A stretch of DNA of 49,367 nt from an uncultured Bacteroidota bacterium (GTDB lineage Bacteria > Bacteroidota > Bacteroidia > Chitinophagales > Chitinophagaceae). This document shows, in pieces, positions 43,431-49,367 of this stretch (its first letter is position 1; each line of letters begins with the position of its first letter). The notes beneath the pieces are model-generated. The model searched no databases. It was not told the DNA's origin and was given only the letters and a program-made list of their open reading frames with translations. The stretch spans positions 1 to 49,367 of the forward strand of contig CAIWHF010000123.1 of NCBI GenBank assembly GCA_903912405.1, read 5' to 3'. Both the position numbers and the translations under genes were made by a program.

Positions 43431-44714
43431 ATGCAAAGGATTTCTTATCCCAAAAAAGAACAATGGGCGTCTTTATCCCAACGGCCAATTGTTGAACAAG
43501 CACATTTACTTCAAATTGTAGATCAAATATTTTCTGAAGTAAAAACACATGGAGATACTGCCATTCATAAATACACCAAAAAGTATGATAAGGTGGAATT
43601 GGATTCTTTTATAGTTGGTGCTGCCGAGCTTAAAATAGCTGAAAAAATGCTTACTAAAGAATTGCAAGCAGCCATCAAGCTTGCTAAAAAAAATATTGAA
43701 AAATTTCATTTGGCACAGCAAGATAAAAACTTAATGATAGAAACATCGAAAGGTGTTATGTGTTGGAGAGAAAGTAGGGCTATAGAAAATGTAGGTATTT
43801 ATATTCCTGGAGGTACCGCACCGCTGTTTTCAACCGTTTTAATGTTGGGTGTGCCTGCTGTTATAGCGGGTTGTAAGGAAATTGTATTATGCACTCCACC
43901 GGATAGGAAAGGGACTATTCACCCAGCAATTTTATATACGGCACATTTATTAGGCATACAAAGGGTTGTAGCTGTTGGCGGCATTCAAGCAATTGCAGCT
44001 ATGACATATGGCACCGCTACTATACCTAAAGTAGATAAACTTTTTGGACCTGGGAATCAATTTGTAACTGCAGCTAAACAAAGAGCTTTTAAAAATGGGG
44101 TAGCTATCGATATGCCGGCGGGGCCAAGTGAAGTTTTAATCATTGCCGACGATACAGCTATACCGGCCTATGTGGCTGCCGATTTGCTTTCGCAAGCAGA
44201 GCATGGCGTAGATAGTCAAGTTGTTGTGCTTTCTACCAGTGAAAAAATGCTTAATGATGTTGACAAAGCCATAAAGGAACAAATTCGTTTATTGCCTAGG
44301 CAAACAATTGCAGCGGCAGCTTTAAAAAATAGTTTGTCGATTGTGTTTCATTCAATCGAAGAATGTATTGAATTTAGTAATTACTATGCGCCCGAACATC
44401 TTATTTTAGCCATTGATGACTATCATTCCTTTACACATTTAGTGCAGCACGCAGGCTCTGTATTTTTAGGTCATTATAGTTGCGAAAGTGCTGGTGATTA
44501 TGCTAGTGGGCCCAATCATACCTTACCTACCAATGGATTTGCACGGAGCTACAGTGGGGTTTCTCTCGATAGTTTTATTAAGAAACTAACCTTTCAAGAG
44601 CTTAGTAAAACGGGCTTACAAGAAATTGGTCCAAGTATTGAATTAATGGCTGAGGCAGAACAATTGTTTGCGCATAAAAATGCCGTATCTATTAGATTGA
44701 AAAATATTAAGTAA
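43431..44714 (+). CDS. hisD: Histidinol dehydrogenase
   Basis: ORF track 43332..44714; start set at ATG 43431 (MQRISYPKK...), 20 nt after hisG. GIYIPGGTAPLFSTVLM, GPGNQFVTAAK, DMPAGPSEVLIIAD, LLSQAEHG, APEHL, GDYASGPNHTLPT. Confidence 0.93.
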   Translation: MQRISYPKKEQWASLSQRPIVEQAHLLQIVDQIFSEVKTHGDTAIHKYTKKYDKVELDSFIVGAAELKIAEKMLTKELQAAIKLAKKNIEKFHLAQQDKNLMIETSKGVMCWRESRAIENVGIYIPGGTAPLFSTVLMLGVPAVIAGCKEIVLCTPPDRKGTIHPAILYTAHLLGIQRVVAVGGIQAIAAMTYGTATIPKVDKLFGPGNQFVTAAKQRAFKNGVAIDMPAGPSEVLIIADDTAIPAYVAADLLSQAEHGVDSQVVVLSTSEKMLNDVDKAIKEQIRLLPRQTIAAAALKNSLSIVFHSIEECIEFSNYYAPEHLILAIDDYHSFTHLVQHAGSVFLGHYSCESAGDYASGPNHTLPTNGFARSYSGVSLDSFIKKLTFQELSKTGLQEIGPSIELMAEAEQLFAHKNAVSIRLKNIK

Positions 44715-44717
44715 GTC

Positions 44718-45752
44718 ATGGTCGAATTAGAAAAATTAGTTAGAATAAATATTATCGCACTGAAGCCATATAGCTCGGCTCGTGACGATTTTAGTGGAGA
44801 AGCCGGTATCTTTTTAGATGCCAATGAAAATCCATTTGGTGATTTAAATAGATATCCAGATCCACATCAACAGACGCTAAAAGATAAATTGAAAGACTTG
44901 AAAAAATTGTCTGCAAAACAAATTTTTATTGGCAATGGAAGTGATGAAGTTATCGATTTGCTCATAAGAATATTTTGTAATCCTAGTTTGGATAAAGTTA
45001 TTATTTGCCCACCTACCTATGGTATGTACGAGGTTGCAGCTAACATAAATGATATTATAGTTTTGAGCGTACCATTAACAAGTGCTTTTCAATTAGACAT
45101 AGAGGGATTGCAAAATGTCATTAGTCAATCTGCAGTAAATACCATCAAAATATTCTTTTTATGTTCTCCCAATAATCCTACAGGTAATAGCATAGATGAT
45201 ATAGATTGGGTACTCACACATTTTAATGGAATAGTAGTAGTTGATGAAGCTTATATAGATTTTAGCGAACGATCATCGTTCATTGAAAAATTGGCACTTT
45301 ATCCCAATCTAGTTGTTGTACAGACATTCAGTAAAGCTTGGGGATTGGCAGCTGCGAGAATTGGCGTAGCTTATGCATCCGAGGCTATTATTGCGTTAAT
45401 GCAAAAAATTAAACCACCCTATAATGTTAGTGGTTTAAATCAGGAAGCTGCATTAAAAGCACTAGATAATGAACATGTTGTTGAACATCAAAAAGCACAT
45501 ATATTAGAACAACGCACTTATTTAGAAACATCATTAAGTCAATTGCCCCTTGTTAAAAGAGTATATCCTTCGGATGCTAATTTTATTTTAATAGAAGTTG
45601 AAGATGCAGATTTATTGTATGCCCATTTAGTACTTAAGAAAATTGTTGTGCGTAATCGAAATGCAGTTATTAAAAATTGCCTTAGAATTACCATAGGTAC
45701 ATTTGTAGAAAATAAATATTTAATAGAAGTATTAAAACGTTATATCCCATGA
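44718..45752 (+). CDS. hisC: Histidinol-phosphate aminotransferase
   Basis: 344 aa. [49 protein letters not shown], and [14 protein letters not shown] carrying the PLP lysine. Confidence 0.9.
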   Translation: MVELEKLVRINIIALKPYSSARDDFSGEAGIFLDANENPFGDLNRYPDPHQQTLKDKLKDLKKLSAKQIFIGNGSDEVIDLLIRIFCNPSLDKVIICPPTYGMYEVAANINDIIVLSVPLTSAFQLDIEGLQNVISQSAVNTIKIFFLCSPNNPTGNSIDDIDWVLTHFNGIVVVDEAYIDFSERSSFIEKLALYPNLVVVQTFSKAWGLAAARIGVAYASEAIIALMQKIKPPYNVSGLNQEAALKALDNEHVVEHQKAHILEQRTYLETSLSQLPLVKRVYPSDANFILIEVEDADLLYAHLVLKKIVVRNRNAVIKNCLRITIGTFVENKYLIEVLKRYIP

Positions 45753-46840
45753 AAAAAGTATTGTTTTTAGATAGAGATGGCACTTTAGTTATAGAGCCGC
45801 CTTTAGATTTTCAATTGGATAGTTTAGAGAAATTAGAATTTTACCCTGGCGTTTTTCAAAATTTGGCGCGTATAGCAAACGAATTAGATTTTCATCTTGT
45901 GATGGTTACTAATCAAGACGGCTTGGGCACTGCGCTATTTCCAGAAGAAAACTTTTGGCCTGCACATAATAAAATGTTAGAAGCATTTAAAAATGAGGGC
46001 ATAAATTTTGATGAGGTATTAATAGATAAATCTTTTCCTAATGAGCAATTACCAACGCGTAAACCAGGTATTGCTATGTTGACACATTATATAAAAGGCG
46101 ATTATGATTTAAAAAATTCCTTTGTTATAGGCGATCGTTTAACCGATGTGCAATTGGCAAACAATTTAAATTGTAATGCCATTTTTATTGGAGATCATTG
46201 CGAGTTGCCTACAGCGTTAACTACTAGATCATGGAATGTGATTTACAGATTTTTTAAAATGCTGCCCCGTATATCAAGGATTGAAAGAATTACTTCTGAA
46301 ACCCAAATTCTCATCGAGCTCAATTTAGATGGTAATGGGCAAGCAGACATCGATACGGGTATTGGTTTCTTCGATCATATGTTATCACAAATAGCTAAGC
46401 ATGCTCAATTAGATCTACTTATTCAAGTGTCAGGAGATTTGCATATTGATGAGCATCATACTATTGAAGATGTGGCAATAGCTTTAGGCAATGCTTTTTT
46501 AGAGGCTTTGGGTTCTAAAAAAGGAATTGAGCGTTACGGATTTTTGTTGCCAATGGATGATTGCCTTGCGCAGGTAGCCATTGATTTTGGAGGTAGGCCT
46601 TGGTTGCTATGGGATGCAGTATTCAAAAGAGAGTTTATAGGAGAGATGCCAACAGAAATGTTTATGCATTTTTTCAAATCATTTTCAGATAGTGCAAAAT
46701 GTAATTTAAATATTAAAGCGGATGGAGAAAATGAACATCATAAAATAGAAGCTATTTTCAAGGCTTTTGCAAAAGCGATTCGAATGGCCATTGCTAAAAC
46801 AGATCATTTTTCAATCCCAAGTACAAAAGGAGTTTTATGA
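45749..46840 (+). CDS. hisB: Bifunctional histidinol-phosphatase / imidazoleglycerol-phosphate dehydratase
   Basis: 363 aa. N-terminal HAD motif LFLDRDGTL, then VTNQDG and GDRLTD. The C-terminal IGPD half has [44 protein letters not shown]. The start overlaps the hisC stop (ATGA). Confidence 0.93.
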   Translation: MKKVLFLDRDGTLVIEPPLDFQLDSLEKLEFYPGVFQNLARIANELDFHLVMVTNQDGLGTALFPEENFWPAHNKMLEAFKNEGINFDEVLIDKSFPNEQLPTRKPGIAMLTHYIKGDYDLKNSFVIGDRLTDVQLANNLNCNAIFIGDHCELPTALTTRSWNVIYRFFKMLPRISRIERITSETQILIELNLDGNGQADIDTGIGFFDHMLSQIAKHAQLDLLIQVSGDLHIDEHHTIEDVAIALGNAFLEALGSKKGIERYGFLLPMDDCLAQVAIDFGGRPWLLWDAVFKREFIGEMPTEMFMHFFKSFSDSAKCNLNIKADGENEHHKIEAIFKAFAKAIRMAIAKTDHFSIPSTKGVL

Positions 46841-47418
46841 TTGCTATTTTAAAATACAATGCTGGGAATAGCGCCTCTGTAAAAAATGCAGTAGAGCGCT
46901 TGGGGTTTTCTTGTTCAATAACAAATGATCATGATGCTTTAAAAAATGCTTCTAAAGTAATTTTTCCTGGAGTTGGTTCAGCAAACACAGCAATGTCATT
47001 CTTGAAAGGAAAAGGTTTAGATCAAGTTATTGTTGCGCTTAAACAACCTGTCTTAGGAATTTGCTTAGGTCAGCAATTATTATGTACTTATTCAGATGAA
47101 GGAGATACAGATTGCTTGGGTGTTTTTAATACACAAGTTAAGAAATTTCCTCCCAATGACCGAGTGCCACATATGGGATGGAATACAGTTACAATTAAGG
47201 ATTCGCATCCTCTTTTTGAAAATGTTTCAGCGTTAGAGGATGTTTATTTTGTGCATAGCTATTATTGTGAGTTAAGTAACTATACCATTGCAAGCTGCGA
47301 ATATATAACCACGTTTAGCGCAGCTATGCAAAAAGATAATTTTTATGCTACACAATTTCACCCTGAAAAATCTGCAAGTGTAGGTGAAAAAATACTAAAC
47401 AATTTTTTACAGTTATGA
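46837..47418 (+). CDS. hisH: Imidazole glycerol phosphate synthase, glutamine amidotransferase subunit
   Basis: 193 aa. FPGVGS, catalytic [34 protein letters not shown] overlap with hisB. Confidence 0.92.
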   Translation: MIAILKYNAGNSASVKNAVERLGFSCSITNDHDALKNASKVIFPGVGSANTAMSFLKGKGLDQVIVALKQPVLGICLGQQLLCTYSDEGDTDCLGVFNTQVKKFPPNDRVPHMGWNTVTIKDSHPLFENVSALEDVYFVHSYYCELSNYTIASCEYITTFSAAMQKDNFYATQFHPEKSASVGEKILNNFLQL

Positions 47419-48128
47419 GAATAATACCAGCCATAGATATTTTAAACTCAAAGTGTGTTCGTTTATCAAAAGGCGATTATGCTTCGCAAAAAATATATAG
47501 TCATAATCCCTTAGAAGTAGCAAAAGAATTCGAATCGCATGGCATACAATATCTACATTTAGTAGATTTAGATGGGGCTAAATCTAAGCATATTGTCAAT
47601 TTTAAAATCTTAGAATCAATAGCGCAACATACAGCTTTGAAAATAGATTTTGGTGGGGGTATAAAAAGTGCAGAAGATGTTAAAATGGCTTTTGATAGTG
47701 GGGCATCACAAATTACAATTGGTAGCGTTGCGGTAGATAAACCTGTTCTTTTTTTAGAATGGCTCCAAAAATACGGACCCGATAAAATTATTCTTGGTGC
47801 TGATGCGCATAATAGAAAAATTGCTACTCATGGTTGGATGCAAGTTGCGGATATGGATATTGTAGACTTTATACATTATTTCGAGAAAGAAGGTGTTCGG
47901 TATGTTGTTTGTACCGACATAGAGAAAGATGGAATGCTCAATGGTCCTGCATTGAATTTGTATAAAGAGCTTATTGCAAAGACTAAGATTCAATTAATAG
48001 CTAGTGGGGGCGTGTCTTCGCTGCAAGATTTATATGATTTAAAAGCGATTACTTGCCATGGAGCCATTATTGGTAAAGCCATATATGAAGGTGCTATTAG
48101 CTTACAAGAACTTAGTAAATTATGCTAA
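47415..48128 (+). CDS. hisA: 1-(5-phosphoribosyl)-5-[(5-phosphoribosylamino)methylideneamino]imidazole-4-carboxamide isomerase
   Basis: 237 aa. [55 protein letters not shown]. Confidence 0.92.
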   Translation: MRIIPAIDILNSKCVRLSKGDYASQKIYSHNPLEVAKEFESHGIQYLHLVDLDGAKSKHIVNFKILESIAQHTALKIDFGGGIKSAEDVKMAFDSGASQITIGSVAVDKPVLFLEWLQKYGPDKIILGADAHNRKIATHGWMQVADMDIVDFIHYFEKEGVRYVVCTDIEKDGMLNGPALNLYKELIAKTKIQLIASGGVSSLQDLYDLKAITCHGAIIGKAIYEGAISLQELSKLC

Positions 48129-48874
48129 AAAAAAGAATTATTCCGTGTTTAGATATTAAAGATGGAAGAACGGTAAAGGGTATCAAATTTTTAGACATAC
48201 AGGATGCTGGCGATCCTGTTGTGTTAGCTAAACGGTATGTTCAAGAAGGTGCCGATGAGTTAGTTTTTTTAGATATAACTGCTACACAAGAAAAAAGAAA
48301 AACATGGGTAGCCTTAGTAGCGCGAATCGCAAAAGAAATTAATATTCCATTCACCGTAGGTGGCGGTATCAATTCGGTAGAAGATGCAAAAAGATTGATA
48401 GATGCGGGAGCAGATAAAATAAGTATTAATTCTGCCGCCATAAAAAATCCTTCTTTAATCTCCGAATTGGCGATAGAATTAGGAAGTCAATGTGTTGTAG
48501 TGGCAATTGATATAAAAATGGAAAATGAAGAATGGTTTGTTTTTATTAGCGGTGGTCAAATAGCAACAGGTATTAAAGCACTAGAATGGGCCAAGCAAGC
48601 GGCATTTTTAGGTGCTGGAGAATTGCTTATCACCTCTATGAATAATGATGGAACCAAAAATGGATTTGCACTTCCTATTTTAGATGCAATTAGTAAATCA
48701 GTTCCAATTCCTGTAATTGCATCGGGAGGAGCTGGAACGCAAGAGCATTTTAAAGATCTATTTGCTCAAACACAAGTTAGCGCTGCATTAGCAGCAAGTG
48801 TATTTCATTTTTCCGAAATCTCCATACCAGTTTTAAAAAACTATTTAAAAACCCAACATATCCCAATTCGATGA
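48122..48874 (+). CDS. hisF: Imidazole glycerol phosphate synthase, cyclase subunit
   Basis: 250 aa. [68 protein letters not shown]. Confidence 0.95.
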   Translation: MLKKRIIPCLDIKDGRTVKGIKFLDIQDAGDPVVLAKRYVQEGADELVFLDITATQEKRKTWVALVARIAKEINIPFTVGGGINSVEDAKRLIDAGADKISINSAAIKNPSLISELAIELGSQCVVVAIDIKMENEEWFVFISGGQIATGIKALEWAKQAAFLGAGELLITSMNNDGTKNGFALPILDAISKSVPIPVIASGGAGTQEHFKDLFAQTQVSAALAASVFHFSEISIPVLKNYLKTQHIPIR

Positions 48875-49367
48875 ATATCAAATATGATCCTCAAACTGGC
48901 TTAATACCCGTTATTATACAAGATAGCAGTACCTTGCAAGTACTTATGCTTGGTTATATGAATGCTGCTGCATTTCAGAAAACGCAGGAGGAAAAAAGGG
49001 TAACCTTTTTTAGTAGAAGCAAAAATCGATTATGGACGAAAGGAGAAAGCTCGGGTCATTATTTAATGGTGAGTAGTATTGATCTAGATTGTGATCAAGA
49101 TACCTTATTAATAAAAGCTACGGCTATGGGGCCAACTTGTCATACTGGAAAAAGTTCTTGCTTCGGAGAAGATGCAATTCCAAGAGGGTTTTTATATGTG
49201 CTTCAAAATATCATAGCTAATAGAATAGATAATAACGAGCAAAATTCTTACACCAATAATTTATATAATCGGGGTATCAACAAAGTGGCTCAAAAAGTGG
49301 GTGAAGAAGCTGTCGAATTGATTATTGAAGCAAAAGATAACAATGCAAATCTATTTAAAAATGAAGC
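48871..49367 (+). CDS. hisIE: Bifunctional phosphoribosyl-AMP cyclohydrolase / phosphoribosyl-ATP pyrophosphatase (5' part; runs off the window end)
   Basis: Not in the ORF track (edge-truncated). My translation from ATG 48871, which overlaps the hisF stop as ATGA: [65 protein letters not shown]...[24 protein letters not shown], followed by the HisE-like [29 protein letters not shown]. Confidence 0.9.
   Translation, partial: MNIKYDPQTGLIPVIIQDSSTLQVLMLGYMNAAAFQKTQEEKRVTFFSRSKNRLWTKGESSGHYLMVSSIDLDCDQDTLLIKATAMGPTCHTGKSSCFGEDAIPRGFLYVLQNIIANRIDNNEQNSYTNNLYNRGINKVAQKVGEEAVELIIEAKDNNANLFKNE

Noticed and set aside
1-49367. A whole-window check for rRNA, tRNA, CRISPR arrays, IS elements/transposases, integrases, toxin-antitoxin pairs and known riboswitch-like GC-rich structured leaders.
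   Set aside because: None was recognised. The intergenic regions are short or AT-rich and lack cloverleaf-like or repeat-spacer structure, and no ORF shows transposase or integrase motifs. This was a visual inspection only; tRNAscan-SE, Infernal/Rfam and ISfinder searches would be decisive.

Overview
This window looks like an ordinary chromosomal segment of an AT-rich Bacteroidota genome, mostly housekeeping. The phylum call rests on type IX secretion (T9SS) cargo and a PorP/SprF gene, signal peptides ending in AQ, TAnnTTTG promoter-like boxes and no visible Shine-Dalgarno dependence. I support about 38 protein-coding genes. Reading left to right:
- Two tandem POT peptide transporters (the first runs off the window edge).
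- purD.
- A four-gene envelope operon: TonB-dependent barrel, ~1,030-aa TPR protein, orphan barrel, HU-like/SPOR membrane protein.
- A YkgJ-type Cys-cluster protein.
- An MBL-hydrolase-parA-parB operon.
- A membrane metallophosphoesterase and a YfcH-like epimerase.
- purT.
- A GT-C glycosyltransferase followed by a 1,524-aa multi-PKD T9SS type B cargo and its PorP/SprF partner.
- sucA.
- An overlapping pair: T9SS type A cargo (choice-of-anchor-B/LVIVD-like) plus a putative porin.
- Purine nucleoside phosphorylase.
- prfC plus an M13 peptidase.
- ispH, a split methylmalonyl-CoA-mutase large subunit and a DUF853/HerA-like ATPase.
- A complete, compact his operon (hisG-D-C-B-H-A-F-IE, last gene truncated by the window end).

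I saw no rRNA, tRNA, CRISPR array, transposase, integrase or recognisable defence system. Nothing amounts to a convincing new system.

The best candidates for undescribed biology are architectural only:
1. The four-gene envelope operon at 3748-11661.
2. The GT-C glycosyltransferase / PKD adhesin / PorP module at 18424-25535.
3. The translationally overlapped T9SS cargo-porin pair at 28473-31827.

Two non-coding oddities also stand out: three tandem 18-mers plus an 11-bp inverted repeat at 40516-40601, and a 422-bp structured region upstream of hisG.

All family assignments come from motif recognition by eye, not from database searches.
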